The notes beneath the pieces are model-generated. The model was not told the origin of the DNA, did no database searches, and was given only the letters and a program-made list of their open reading frames with translations. From positions 35,941 through 99,940 of the forward strand of contig JBIKLF010000001.1 of the NCBI GenBank assembly GCA_044359955.1: DNA of 64,000 nt, read 5' to 3'. Below, piece after piece: positions 9,168-19,154 of this stretch. Position 1 is the first letter of the stretch; each line of letters starts with the position of its first letter. The DNA is from Chthoniobacterales bacterium. GTDB lineage: Bacteria > Verrucomicrobiota > Verrucomicrobiia > Chthoniobacterales > JACTMZ01. The position numbers and the translations under genes were made by a program.

Positions 9168-10880
9168 TCACATCCGCTCGGGCACCTGAACACCGAGGAG
9201 ATCGAGGCCATGCTTGAGCACGCGGGCGGTCGCTTCGCAGAGGACGAGGCGGGAATGCTGTGTCACGCCCTCGGCTTTGAGGACCGGGCAGGCCTCGTAA
9301 AAAGTGTGGAAGGCATTGGCCGTCTCGAAGAGATGGTTGGCCAAAAGGTTCGGACGGAAGTCGTGGAGGACCAACGGGACAATTTCGCCGAATTGGAGAA
9401 GTTTCTTGGCCAAGGCAAGTTCGGCCGGTTCGGTCAGGACCACCTCCTGCACGCTGCCGAGTTCGGCCCCAAGTTTGCGGAAAATCGACCGCACGCGCAC
9501 GTAGGCATTTTGCAAATAGGGTGCGGTATTGCCCTGCAAGGAGAGCATTTTGGACCAGGAAAAGACGTAGTCGCTCATCCGGTGTTGGGAGAGTTCGGCA
9601 TATTTGACGGCACCGAGTCCCACGACACGTGCGATGTGTTCTTTTTCCTCGGCGGGCAGTTCCGGATTTTTCTCCTCGATCATGGCCCCTGCCCGGCTGA
9701 TGGCCTCGTCGATCAAGTCGCGCAGCGGGACATTGTCGCCCGATCGGGTCTTCATGAGTTTGTGGTCCTCGCCGAGAATACTGCCGAAGGCGATATGCTC
9801 GAGTTTCGGGCCCAACCCCATGCCCCTCGCGGCGGCGAACACCTGCTGGAAGTGCAACTGCTGCGGGGCTCCGGTCACATACCAGATGGCGTGCGGGTCC
9901 CATCGCGCGATCCGGTATTCAATCGTGGCGAGGTCGGTGGTGGCATAAAGGAAACCTCCGTCGCCCTTGCGGATGAGACACGGTTTGTCGGCCAGGGCCG
10001 GAATATCCGGAAAGAAAATGCAGGCGGCACCCTCGCTGATTTGCGCGGTCCCGGCGGCGAGGAGTTTGTCGACCAGCGGGGCGAGCGCAGGATCGTAGAA
10101 ACTTTCCCCGAGGCGTTCGTCGAAGCCGATCCCGAGCTTTGCGTAGATCTCTTCGAATTCGGCCCAGGACAAATCGACGAGTTGCTGCCAGATGGCGCGG
10201 TTTTCCGGGTCGCCTTGTTGGAGTTTGACCAGTTCTTCGCGTGCCGCTTTGTGCACGGCGGGGTCGGTCTGTTCGAGTGCGTTGACCTCGCGGTAGAGAC
10301 GTGTCATTTCCGCGATCGGATCACGTTCCAGCGCACCACGGTCGAGAAGGTGCTTCCAACCGTAAAGGACTTTGCCGAATTGTGTGCCCCAATCGCCGAG
10401 ATGGTTGTCGGTCACGACTTCGTGGCCGGCAAACCTTGCGATGCGGGCCAGCGCATCGCCCAGGATTGTGCTGCGGATGTGCCCGACGTGCATCGGCTTG
10501 GCAATGTTGGGCGAACTGAAGTCGATGACGATGCGGAGCGGATTCTCCGTGGCGGGCACGCCGCAGCGGGCATCACCCGTCAGTGCCCGGAGTTGCCCGG
10601 AGACCCAAGGCGGTTTGAGGCGGAAGTTGAGGAAGCCCGGACCGGCAATTTCCGGCTTCTCGCAAATGTCGCCCGCCTCGAAATAGTCGGCGATTTGGGC
10701 CGCGAGTTCGCGCGGGTTGGTTTTCGCTTCCTTGGCCAGAACCATGGCGGCATTGGCCTGGTAGTCGCCGAATCGTGTGTCGGCGGCCGGGGTCACCTCG
10801 CCGCGTTCGGGCGGCAATCCGCAGGCAGCAAGTGCCGCGTGCAACCGTTTGGTCAGCACGGCCTGCGGCGTGGCGCTCAT
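9168..10880 (-). CDS. argS: arginine--tRNA ligase
   Basis: 570 aa, class I HIGH motif (PMHVGHIRSTILGD) and overall ArgS architecture. Confidence 0.95.
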   Translation of the reverse strand: MSATPQAVLTKRLHAALAACGLPPERGEVTPAADTRFGDYQANAAMVLAKEAKTNPRELAAQIADYFEAGDICEKPEIAGPGFLNFRLKPPWVSGQLRALTGDARCGVPATENPLRIVIDFSSPNIAKPMHVGHIRSTILGDALARIARFAGHEVVTDNHLGDWGTQFGKVLYGWKHLLDRGALERDPIAEMTRLYREVNALEQTDPAVHKAAREELVKLQQGDPENRAIWQQLVDLSWAEFEEIYAKLGIGFDERLGESFYDPALAPLVDKLLAAGTAQISEGAACIFFPDIPALADKPCLIRKGDGGFLYATTDLATIEYRIARWDPHAIWYVTGAPQQLHFQQVFAAARGMGLGPKLEHIAFGSILGEDHKLMKTRSGDNVPLRDLIDEAISRAGAMIEEKNPELPAEEKEHIARVVGLGAVKYAELSQHRMSDYVFSWSKMLSLQGNTAPYLQNAYVRVRSIFRKLGAELGSVQEVVLTEPAELALAKKLLQFGEIVPLVLHDFRPNLLANHLFETANAFHTFYEACPVLKAEGVTQHSRLVLCEATARVLKHGLDLLGVQVPERM

Positions 10881-11348
10881 TCAGCGGTGACCGCCGCGGC
10901 TGGCGAAAACTTGCAGAATGGACTGCGCATCGGGCGCGGCCGCCAATTCCTCGCGCACCGTGCGGTCGTTGAGGAATTTGGCGATGGCGGCGAGGGTGCG
11001 CAGATGGACCTGGAACTGGTCCCGGGGAACAACGAAGAGAACGATGAAGTGCACGAGTTCGTTGTCCAGCGAGTCAAATTCAATGCCCGAGGTCGAGCGT
11101 CCGAAGGCGGCCACCACTTCGGTGACGTGCTCGGAGGAGGCGTGCGGGATGGCGATGCCGAAGCCGATGCCGGTGCTCATCGTTTCCTCGCGCTGCTTCA
11201 GGGCGTCCAAAACGCTCTCTCGGTATTGGGGTTCAATACGTTGCGTCGCCACGAGCAGGTCTACGATCTCCGTGATCGCCGGCCATCGCTCCGTTGTTTT
11301 CATTTCGGGAATGATCTCCCCGACTGTGAGCAAACTCGACAGTGTCAT
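10881..11348 (-). CDS. ptsN: PTS IIA-like nitrogen regulatory protein PtsN
   Basis: 155 aa, GIGFGIAIPHAS phosphorylation-site motif. The stop abuts the argS start. Confidence 0.8.
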   Translation of the reverse strand: MTLSSLLTVGEIIPEMKTTERWPAITEIVDLLVATQRIEPQYRESVLDALKQREETMSTGIGFGIAIPHASSEHVTEVVAAFGRSTSGIEFDSLDNELVHFIVLFVVPRDQFQVHLRTLAAIAKFLNDRTVREELAAAPDAQSILQVFASRGGHR

Positions 11349-11476
11349 GCGCCTTGACCCGCCACGTTACCAACGGCGCGCCGCATGGCAAGATGAATTG
11401 CCCGCGGACAACGTGCGCCTGACAGTCCGGATGCAGGATGGTAGAGCTGTGGTCATGAAAGGTTTACCGTCCGCGT

Positions 11477-12838
11477 ATGCTTCCTGAATTGCGCACGGAT
11501 ATTCCCGGCCCGCGGTCACGCGAACTGGCCGCGCGCCTGCGCCGGGTCGAGTCGCACAATGTGACGCTGCTCGGCGAGCGGTGGCCTGTTTTCTGGGAGA
11601 GGGCCGAGGGGGTCAATGTGTGGGATGCGGACGGCAACCGTTTCCTCGATTTTACTTCCGGCTTCGGGGTGGCGGGGTTGGGTCATTCGTCGCCGCCGGT
11701 GCGAGAGGCCCTGAGTGCCCAATCACTAAGACTTCTGCATGCCATGGGCGATGTGCATCCGGCGGAATCAAAAGTCGAGCTATGCGAAATGCTCAGCGAA
11801 CTCACCTTCGAGCGCTGGGGTGCGGGTCGGGGTAAAGTGATCCTCGGCAATTCTGGGTCGGATGCGATCGAGGCCGCGCTGAAGACGGCGGTGCTTCACA
11901 GTGGCAAGCCGGGAGTGCTGGTCTTTGCCGGGGCGTATCATGGCCTCGGCTATGGGGCGCTCGAGGCCTCGGCGCTGGAGTTTTTCCGCACACCTTTCGC
12001 CAGGCAACTCGGAGGCTTCGCGGTGAGCGTGCCTTATCCGTATTGTTTCCGGTGTCCGCTCGGGCACGGTGGCGCGTCTGCCTTGGAGGGCAGGGAGTTC
12101 CCCCAGTGCAGCAGCGGTTGCCTTGAGGAACTGCGACGACGCATCATCATGGAACTGGGCAGGCGTGAGATCGGGGCCATCTTGGTCGAGCCGGTGCAAG
12201 GCCGGGGCGGAGACATTGTGCCGCCGCGTGATTTTCTGCGGCTTCTCCGGCGGATTTGTGACGAGGAAAAAATTCTCCTCGTGGCCGATGAAATTTATAC
12301 CGGACTGAACCGCACGGGTCGGCTCTTCGGGTGCGATCATTCCGAGGTCGTTCCCGACCTCATTTGTCTCGGCAAAGCGCTGACCTCCGGATTTCCCCTG
12401 TCAGCCTGCGTGGGTCGCGCCACGGTGATGGACGCCTGGCCGGAGTCGGCTGGCGAGGCGCTGCACACCAGCACGTTTCTCGGCAACCCGCTGGGCTGTG
12501 CCATGGCCCTCGCCGCGTTGCGGGAGCATGCGCGACCGGAGACGGCGGCCAAGGTGCTGGCGGCCGGGCGCTATTTGCGCGCGGTGCTGGAGAAAATTTC
12601 ATCGCCACGGATTGGCGATGTGCGGGGGGCGGGCTTGTTGGTCGGGTTGGAGATGGTTCAGGCCGACGGATCGCCCGACCAAACTCTGGCGGCGCACTGC
12701 GTCATGGAGGGTTTGCAGGAGGGAATCTTGCTCCTCGCCGGGGGGCGGCACGGAAACGTGCTCTCTTTGGCCCCGCCTTTTGACTTGGCGCCGGAAGAGG
12801 CGGATTTTTTGGCCGGGAAGCTGGCCCGCATGCTTTGA
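11477..12838 (+). CDS. class-III (aspartate aminotransferase fold) aminotransferase
   Basis: GNSGSDAIE, VADEIYTGLNRTG and LGKALTSG (PLP lysine) motifs. Confidence 0.85.
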   Translation: MLPELRTDIPGPRSRELAARLRRVESHNVTLLGERWPVFWERAEGVNVWDADGNRFLDFTSGFGVAGLGHSSPPVREALSAQSLRLLHAMGDVHPAESKVELCEMLSELTFERWGAGRGKVILGNSGSDAIEAALKTAVLHSGKPGVLVFAGAYHGLGYGALEASALEFFRTPFARQLGGFAVSVPYPYCFRCPLGHGGASALEGREFPQCSSGCLEELRRRIIMELGRREIGAILVEPVQGRGGDIVPPRDFLRLLRRICDEEKILLVADEIYTGLNRTGRLFGCDHSEVVPDLICLGKALTSGFPLSACVGRATVMDAWPESAGEALHTSTFLGNPLGCAMALAALREHARPETAAKVLAAGRYLRAVLEKISSPRIGDVRGAGLLVGLEMVQADGSPDQTLAAHCVMEGLQEGILLLAGGRHGNVLSLAPPFDLAPEEADFLAGKLARML

Positions 12839-12894
12839 GCTGAGCTGCGGGGTCAGGGTTTTTCGTCACGGTGGGTGACGGGAATATTATGCGG

Positions 12895-12986
12895 GCGGCG
12901 GGTCCCGAGGCCCCGCCCGACCGACGAATTATTTCAACGACACTCCAAAAGTGAGTGAGGTGGGGCGGGGCCTCCGGACCCGCCGC
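12895..12986. repeat. REP-like family B inverted pair (head-to-head)
   Basis: The reverse complement of 12895-12921 reads GTCGGGCGGGGCCTCGGGACCCGCCGC. 12960-12986 reads GTGGGGCGGGGCCTCCGGACCCGCCGC (25/27 identical). Each copy is internally palindromic. Confidence 0.8.
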
Positions 12987-13044
12987 GTGCCTCAAAACCA
13001 TGCCCGGCGCACCGCGTCACGGCCACGGAAAAACCCAACCCGCG

Positions 13045-13422
13045 CTAATTCCGCCAATCCAACGCGCCTTTTTTGATGGCGTAAATATAGCCGATGGTCA
13101 GGACGGAAACAAAACCGGCCATGCTCCAAAAGATGATGCCGCCCTGTTGGGCCAGAAAGTCGCGGTAGACGACGGCCCAAGGATACATGAAGACAATCTC
13201 GATATCGAAAAGGATGAAGAGCATGGCCACGAGATAGAACTTCACACTGAAGCGCGGGGCGGCGGCTTCCCGGACCGGCATGCCGCATTCGTAGGCCATG
13301 TCTTTGGCCGGCGTGCGTTTGCCGGCCCGGCCGAGGAGGAGGCTGGCGGCGAAGATGGAGACCGCCAGACCGATGGCCACCGCGATGTGGATGGTCAGCG
13401 GCAGGTATTGCTCGGTGAGCAT
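13045..13422 (-). CDS. nuoA: NADH-quinone oxidoreductase subunit A
   Basis: 125 aa, three TM segments, with the YECG and FDIEIVFMYPW signature. Confidence 0.9.
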   Translation of the reverse strand: MLTEQYLPLTIHIAVAIGLAVSIFAASLLLGRAGKRTPAKDMAYECGMPVREAAAPRFSVKFYLVAMLFILFDIEIVFMYPWAVVYRDFLAQQGGIIFWSMAGFVSVLTIGYIYAIKKGALDWRN

Positions 13423-13434
13423 GCGGGCGGAACG

Positions 13435-13734
13435 TCAGCGGACCGGCGCGTCGGCTGGCTCGAGGGCGTTGGCCAAAGAGGCGAGCCCGCGGTATTTCTT
13501 GCCGGTCTTTTTGACCATGCCGCGGGAAACCAAATTTTGCAGCTTCTCGTAGGCGCGCAGACGGAGCATTTCTTCTCCACCGCTGGCCGCGTTGCGCTTG
13601 CGCAGTTTCTCGTGGACCAAGTCGAAGAGTTGCTTGAATTCAAAGGAGGTCTTTTTGGAAAGAACACCAACCAACTCCTCGGTGACCAAGTCCGGCAATC
13701 GACGGGAAAAAGCGCTTTTTCTCTGAATCGGCAT
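13435..13734 (-). CDS. hypothetical basic protein
   Basis: 99-aa ORF directly upstream of nuoA on the same strand. Helical and Lys/Arg-rich. No domain recognised. Confidence 0.45.
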   Translation of the reverse strand: MPIQRKSAFSRRLPDLVTEELVGVLSKKTSFEFKQLFDLVHEKLRKRNAASGGEEMLRLRAYEKLQNLVSRGMVKKTGKKYRGLASLANALEPADAPVR

Positions 13735-13826
13735 AATCCAAAACCCTACCGGACGTTCCCCTGCTTGACCAGTAGAAAATGGCTTGGGTGCGGGCTGATC
13801 TGATTACGTGCTCTTGGATGGGCGCA

Positions 13827-14354
13827 TCAATGCGCCGCCAATTCGCTGACCAATTCCTTGACCGCCAACGCGATGTGTTCCGTGCCACTGTCGGCGGGTT
13901 GGCTGGGTCCTTTATGACCACCCCCGAGCAAGCGAACAATGGCATGAGGGCGCGCCGGGATATCGTAAACATTCCAAAAACGGATCCGCCCCACCTTGTG
14001 CAATGCCTTGGCCAGCGAGAGGAACTTCTGTTCGATCATCGGTTGGTGTTCCTCCCGGCACATGGCAATGATGAGGTCGAAGTCGGTCAGGTCCTCCACA
14101 TCGATGGGAATCGGGTCGCGCGGTTCTGCCGCCAGATGAGCCAGTTCGACGCCTTTGAGGTAGGCCGCAGTGTGCTCCGACATGCCTTTGAGTTCGCGCG
14201 CCTTGAGCAGGCCACGGGAACCGGCTTCCCAAGCCAGACCGGCGGTCGCCGCGGCATGGTTGAAAAGAATCTCCGCCAACCGGCTGCGGTAGTAATTGCC
14301 GCTGCAGATGAAGAGCACGCGCTTTTTCGGCGGCACTGGGGACGCGCTGCTCAC
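13827..14354 (-). CDS. low-molecular-weight protein-tyrosine phosphatase family protein
   Basis: VLFICSGNYYRS, matching the CX5R(S/T) P-loop. Confidence 0.8.
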   Translation of the reverse strand: MSSASPVPPKKRVLFICSGNYYRSRLAEILFNHAAATAGLAWEAGSRGLLKARELKGMSEHTAAYLKGVELAHLAAEPRDPIPIDVEDLTDFDLIIAMCREEHQPMIEQKFLSLAKALHKVGRIRFWNVYDIPARPHAIVRLLGGGHKGPSQPADSGTEHIALAVKELVSELAAH

Positions 14355-14445
14355 TTGTTGTGCTTCCTACCGGCCTGCATCTGCCTAGATTCTTTGTCTA
14401 GCTGCCGGACGTCGTTCTCGGCGCAGACCTGGGCGTTGGTGAATT

Positions 14446-14898
14446 TCACAAGTGCTGAATTTGCCTGCGCGCCTCGTAAAGCACAATCCCAACCGAGGTG
14501 GCCAGGTTCAGGCTCCGCGCGGCGGGCTCCATGGGAATGGTCAACAGGTGCTCTCTTTCTTGCTCGAGCAGGCTCTCCGGCAGTCCGCGGGTCTCCCGAC
14601 CGAAAACCAAATAGTCGCCCGGGCCAAAGTGCGCCTCCCAATAGGGCAGCGTCGCCTTCGAGGTCAGGTAAAAAAACCGCGCCAGCCCGGCTTTGGTGCG
14701 CAGGGCATCGAGTGACGGCCAACGGTGCACGTCGCACTTTTCCCAATAATCCATCCCCGCCCGCCGCAGGGCCGCGCCATCAAGGTCGAAGCCGAGCGGC
14801 TCAATCAAATGCAGCCGTGCCCCCGCCGCGAGGCAGGTCCGCGCAATATTGCCCGTGTTCTGCGGGATTTCAGGTTCGACCAGGACGACGTGGAGCAT
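14446..14898 (-). CDS. trmL: tRNA (cytidine/uridine-2'-O-)-methyltransferase TrmL (SpoU family)
   Basis: 150 aa with the EPEIPQNTGNIARTC and VFGRETRGLP motifs. Confidence 0.85.
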   Translation of the reverse strand: MLHVVLVEPEIPQNTGNIARTCLAAGARLHLIEPLGFDLDGAALRRAGMDYWEKCDVHRWPSLDALRTKAGLARFFYLTSKATLPYWEAHFGPGDYLVFGRETRGLPESLLEQEREHLLTIPMEPAARSLNLATSVGIVLYEARRQIQHL

Positions 14899-14904
14899 GC
14901 GCGG

Positions 14905-16335
14905 TCAGAGCCCGCGTTCGTTGATGATCAACGACTTGATTTCAGTCATGTCTTCCATGGCGTAACGCACCCCCTCGCGACCGAACCCGCTGTCTTTGAC
15001 CCCACCATAGGGCATGTTTTCAGTGCGGAAGGTCGGGACCTGGTTGATCAGGACGCCACCGACCTCAAGCGCATCGTAGGCCTCGTAAATTTTCGCCAAA
15101 TCACCGGTGAAGACGCCCGCCTGCAGTCCGAACTTCGAATCATTCACCGCAGCCAGGCCGTCGGCAAATTTCCGGTAAGATTCCAGCACCACAACCGGAG
15201 CAAACGCCTCTTCGCAGGCAATGGCCGCATCGCACGGCACGTTTTCCAGAACGACGGGATGCAATATCTGGCCGTCGACTTTGAGCGGGGTAAGCAACTT
15301 GGCCCCGCGCGACTCGGCGTCTTTGACCCAGCCGACAACATTGTCCAACGCCGCTTTGGTGATCATCGGGCCGACCAGGGTCTTGGCCTCACGCGGGTCA
15401 CCGGCCACCGCCTTCTCGCGCACTTGGGCGAGGAATGCCGCTTTGAATTCTTCGAAGATCGAATCATGGACGAAGATCCGTTGCACGCTGATGCACGATT
15501 GACCCGCGTAGGCGAAGGCGCCGACCGCCATCTTCGCGGCGTGGTGGCGCCAATCGGAATCGGGTTCGACCACGCAGGCGGCATTGCCGCCGAGTTCGAG
15601 GGTGATCTTTTGTTTCACCGCTTCCGACTTGAGCTTCCACCCGACTTCGACGCCACCGGTAAAAGAAAGCATCTTCACCCGTGGATCGCGCAGCAAAGTG
15701 CCGACGTGTTCGTGGCCGAAGGGTAGGAATGACACCTGTCCGGCCGGTGCGCCGCACTCCGCGAGGACCTCGCCGAGGAGCAAAGCGCAAAGCGGGGTCT
15801 TCATGGCCGGCTTGAGGATCATGGTGTTCCCCGTGGCAAGGCACGGGGCGACCTTGTGGGCCACGAGGTTGAGCGGGAAATTGAACGGCGTGATGCCGAG
15901 AATGACGCCGAGCGGGAAACGTCGCGCCAACCCGGAGTGTCCCGCGCCGGCGGATGTCGCGCCCATTTCGATCGGATGCCCGTTCGGTTCCAGGGTGCCC
16001 GCCGCCGCCAATTCGAAAGTCGACTGCGCCCGCTGCACTTCGATCCTGGCCAGCGCGACGGGTTTGCCGGCTTCGGCGATGAGCAACTCGACGAATTCAT
16101 CGGCCCGCTGGCCGATGGTGTCCGCTATCCGGCGGAGCAAACGCGACCGTTCGACCGGCGCGGTCTGACGCGCTTCTTCGAAGGTGCGCGCGGCCAAGTC
16201 CAGTGCTTCGTGGATTTCTTTGGCCCCGGCCACGCAGATTTCGGCGACCAGCGCGCCGTTGTAGGGATTGCGGACCTCCGCCGTTTCCGTCGTGCTGACT
16301 GAGCGGTTGCCGAGGAGAAAGGGGCGGGGTGTCAT
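14905..16335 (-). CDS. NAD(P)-dependent aldehyde dehydrogenase family protein
   Basis: 476 aa with LELGGNA and catalytic-Cys region (AGQSCIS) motifs. Confidence 0.9.
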   Translation of the reverse strand: MTPRPFLLGNRSVSTTETAEVRNPYNGALVAEICVAGAKEIHEALDLAARTFEEARQTAPVERSRLLRRIADTIGQRADEFVELLIAEAGKPVALARIEVQRAQSTFELAAAGTLEPNGHPIEMGATSAGAGHSGLARRFPLGVILGITPFNFPLNLVAHKVAPCLATGNTMILKPAMKTPLCALLLGEVLAECGAPAGQVSFLPFGHEHVGTLLRDPRVKMLSFTGGVEVGWKLKSEAVKQKITLELGGNAACVVEPDSDWRHHAAKMAVGAFAYAGQSCISVQRIFVHDSIFEEFKAAFLAQVREKAVAGDPREAKTLVGPMITKAALDNVVGWVKDAESRGAKLLTPLKVDGQILHPVVLENVPCDAAIACEEAFAPVVVLESYRKFADGLAAVNDSKFGLQAGVFTGDLAKIYEAYDALEVGGVLINQVPTFRTENMPYGGVKDSGFGREGVRYAMEDMTEIKSLIINERGL

Positions 16336-17558
16336 ATCCGCTCGGTCTCGCGTTTTTCGACAAAAATGGGGAGGCCTTCGTGGCTGAAGTGGGTCATCAA
16401 TTCATCCGGTTGCAGCGCCTCCGGCATCATGACCCCGCGTTCCTTGATCTTGCCCTCGATGAGCAAGCGCGCGGTCAGCGCGGGCGGTATGCCGGTCTGC
16501 ACGAGGGTGAGCGAGTAGCCGTATTTCTCGTAGCAGTCGCGGTGGTTATCCATCGTGTAGATGAAATACTCGACCCGCCGCCGACCGAGGGTTCCCCGCA
16601 CTTCGGTGCCGACGCACGAATAGCCGTCGACGGTCGGACCCAACTGCGCCGGCTTGGGCAAGGCGTGGGTGGCCACCCGCACGGGCGAGACCTCGACGCC
16701 GTCGACCTTCACTTTTTTCCACGTATCAAGATCGAGCAAGGCGAGGGACTTCGACAGGTGCACAACTTTGTCGCTCACGCTGTATTTGAAGACCGAGTAG
16801 CGGACGCCTTTCTGCACAAACGGCGGATAAATCCCGAGGCTCACCCCTTCCTCGTGCGCCACCGCGTAGGTCGGCTGCAGGCCGATCGGCTCGGGGAACC
16901 GGATCCATTCGAATTCCGATTCGAGGGGTTTGCCGGCCGTCACCTTGCCGTTTTTGACAAAATAAGGAACCGCGCCGAGTTCCTCAAAAAAGGTTTCCGG
17001 AGAAAAAAGGACGGCGAAGCGGTAGCCTTTGACTTCCGCATTGTCCGCGTCGAGCACGCGGATGCTCGTCGCCGTGTCGAGGCGGTCCATGGCCCAGCGC
17101 GCAAAGATGTTCACCGCGCCCGGATCCATGCCCATGCAGAGGATGCCCGCGAGATTCTTTTCCTCGAAGATTTCGTGGAAAGCCTCGATCTCGGTGTCGA
17201 AAGAATTCTTCGACCTGCGGCGCGCCCCGGGAGGCGCATAAATGTCGGCCGCCATGTCGAGGTAATGCGAGCCGGCCTCCGCGCAGGCGGTGAGGAGCGA
17301 GTGGTTGGTCGAGCAGACCGCCGCATTGCAGGTCACCTTGACCTGATGCTCTTTCATCAGCGCGGTCGTGCCTTTCACGTCCATGGCGTCGGCCTTGACC
17401 ACGACAAAGCGGTTGTTGGGAATGCGCTTGGCCAGTTGCTCGGCGAAGACCGTGTCGCGGTCGGCGCAAACAATGCGGTCGACGCAGTCGTATTCGTGCA
17501 GTTTCTGGGCGATGACGGATCCCACCCCGCCCATTCCGATCACCATTGCGTTGGCCAT
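16332..17558 (-). CDS. saccharopine dehydrogenase family protein
   Basis: N-terminal Rossmann GMGGVGSV and a length (408 aa) typical of saccharopine / carboxynorspermidine dehydrogenases. 4-nt overlap with the downstream aldehyde dehydrogenase. Confidence 0.75.
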   Translation of the reverse strand: MANAMVIGMGGVGSVIAQKLHEYDCVDRIVCADRDTVFAEQLAKRIPNNRFVVVKADAMDVKGTTALMKEHQVKVTCNAAVCSTNHSLLTACAEAGSHYLDMAADIYAPPGARRRSKNSFDTEIEAFHEIFEEKNLAGILCMGMDPGAVNIFARWAMDRLDTATSIRVLDADNAEVKGYRFAVLFSPETFFEELGAVPYFVKNGKVTAGKPLESEFEWIRFPEPIGLQPTYAVAHEEGVSLGIYPPFVQKGVRYSVFKYSVSDKVVHLSKSLALLDLDTWKKVKVDGVEVSPVRVATHALPKPAQLGPTVDGYSCVGTEVRGTLGRRRVEYFIYTMDNHRDCYEKYGYSLTLVQTGIPPALTARLLIEGKIKERGVMMPEALQPDELMTHFSHEGLPIFVEKRETERI

Positions 17559-17656
17559 AATATGTGTCGCCGCAACGTTTGGTTTTCCGCGACGCCGACT
17601 GGTTACAACCTAACCGCCCCGCATCGCCCCGCAAGGCGAATCGCCCCGCAAGGCGC

Positions 17657-18382
17657 TTATTTGCTTGTTTCGCGGGTGTTTAAGGCGCCCAAAACTGCAA
17701 TACCTCCCAGTGTCCAAAGCGGATCCACCACGACTTTTCCCGCGATCAGTTTGGCCGCCGTGACGGCATCCCCGCCGGTGAAAACAACACGCCTCCCGCC
17801 TGCCCCCAGCTGCTCCAACAAATGCTTCACTAATCCGGCATATCCCCCGCCGAGGCCGGCGCGCAGCGCGTCGCGCGTGTTTTTTCCAATCATGGTGCGC
17901 GGTGGTGTGGTTTTGATGACCGGCAACAGCGCGGTCTGCCTGGACAACGCCGTCGCCAAGATGCGCAAACCGGGAGCGATGGCTCCGCCGATGAATCGTC
18001 CGTGTCCGTCGAGCACATCGAAGGTCGCCGCCGTGCCGAAATCCGCCACGAGCACGTTTTTGCCAAAGCGCCGCGCCGCCTCGGCCATGTTGGCCAGGCG
18101 ATCGGCTCCGACCGTGCGCCGATCGACATCCGTCCGGAAGTTGAGGGCCGATGACTCTTTAATCAACGAAACCGACGGACAACCCGCGCATAGAATGGTG
18201 GCAACGCGAGGCACCACACACGAGGCCGCCGCGCTCCGGGTGCGGGTCTGACGGCAGATCGTGCGCACGCGGGCCACTGTGAGTTTGGGTGTATCGACGG
18301 ATGCCATGATCCGCGGCTTGGCCCCGGCCCGGGCCACCGTGGCAAATTTCACCACGGAATTGCCGGCATCGATGACCAGCAT
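17657..18382 (-). CDS. coaX: type III pantothenate kinase
   Basis: MLVIDAGNSVVKF start, then ADFGTAATFD and FTGGDA motifs. Start trimmed from track ORF end 18574. Confidence 0.8.
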   Translation of the reverse strand: MLVIDAGNSVVKFATVARAGAKPRIMASVDTPKLTVARVRTICRQTRTRSAAASCVVPRVATILCAGCPSVSLIKESSALNFRTDVDRRTVGADRLANMAEAARRFGKNVLVADFGTAATFDVLDGHGRFIGGAIAPGLRILATALSRQTALLPVIKTTPPRTMIGKNTRDALRAGLGGGYAGLVKHLLEQLGAGGRRVVFTGGDAVTAAKLIAGKVVVDPLWTLGGIAVLGALNTRETSK

Positions 18383-18536
18383 CGGATAAATTTGTCCGGA
18401 CACCACGCGTCCCTTGTAGCGTCTCGACCGCCTGCTGCCAACCAACTGTAGCGGCGGCGTCCCCGCCGCCGGTCGTTTGTGCGATTCGCCGCCGGGGACG
18501 GCGTCGCTGCATCCAAACCTCCGCGCCCTCACCGGT

Positions 18537-19154
18537 TCACTTCCCCCGCGCGATCCTGCGCAAGGTCTCATCATTCCCCAACAACCGCAGCGCTTTCCTC
18601 AGCAGCGTTTTCCCCGGTTCCATGCGGTGCCAGGTCGAGGCGCCGGAAGGATGGGGGAGGGCGATCAAATCGAATTTCACTCCGGCGCGCTCCAAGGGAA
18701 TGACGCGTCCGATGACCTCGGCCAGCGTGTTCGCTTCGACAAATTGCCCGATGGCGAGTTTGCCGACCGGAATGACGAGCTTCGGCCGCAGCAACGCAAT
18801 TTCCCGTTCGAGCCACGGGGCACAGTTGGCGATCTCGATATCATCCGGCACGCGGTCACCGCTCCCCTTGGGATGCTTGCCCGGAAAGCAACGGCAGACC
18901 GCGGCCATATAAATCCTCGCGCGGAAAACATCCTCCCCGAAACCGCACGATTCTTCGAACCAGCGGAAGAGTGTTTTTCCCGCCGTCCAGGCAAAGGGGC
19001 GCCCGAGTTGCGGCTCGCGCGCCCCGGGCGCTTGGCCGACCAGGAGGACCTCGCTGCGCACGGCGGGACCCGACACCGGGGCGGATGCCATGCGCGGACA
19101 TTTCCGGCAGGCATGCAACTCCGCGACGTGCGCGCGCAGGGCGTCGCGGCTCAT
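18537..19154 (-). CDS. uracil-DNA glycosylase family (family 4/5-like) protein
   Basis: CRKCPR, LLVGQAPG and HPSGAS motifs. Confidence 0.8.
   Translation of the reverse strand: MSRDALRAHVAELHACRKCPRMASAPVSGPAVRSEVLLVGQAPGAREPQLGRPFAWTAGKTLFRWFEESCGFGEDVFRARIYMAAVCRCFPGKHPKGSGDRVPDDIEIANCAPWLEREIALLRPKLVIPVGKLAIGQFVEANTLAEVIGRVIPLERAGVKFDLIALPHPSGASTWHRMEPGKTLLRKALRLLGNDETLRRIARGK

Noticed and set aside
9210-11357. 715-aa plus-strand ORF
   Set aside because: It is antisense to the well-supported argS and ptsN. Its composition is Gly/Arg/His/Val-rich, typical of the GC3 mirror frame, with no recognisable motif.
16329-18251. 640-aa plus-strand ORF
   Set aside because: It is antisense to the saccharopine dehydrogenase and coaX genes and has a low-complexity Arg/Ala/Pro composition.
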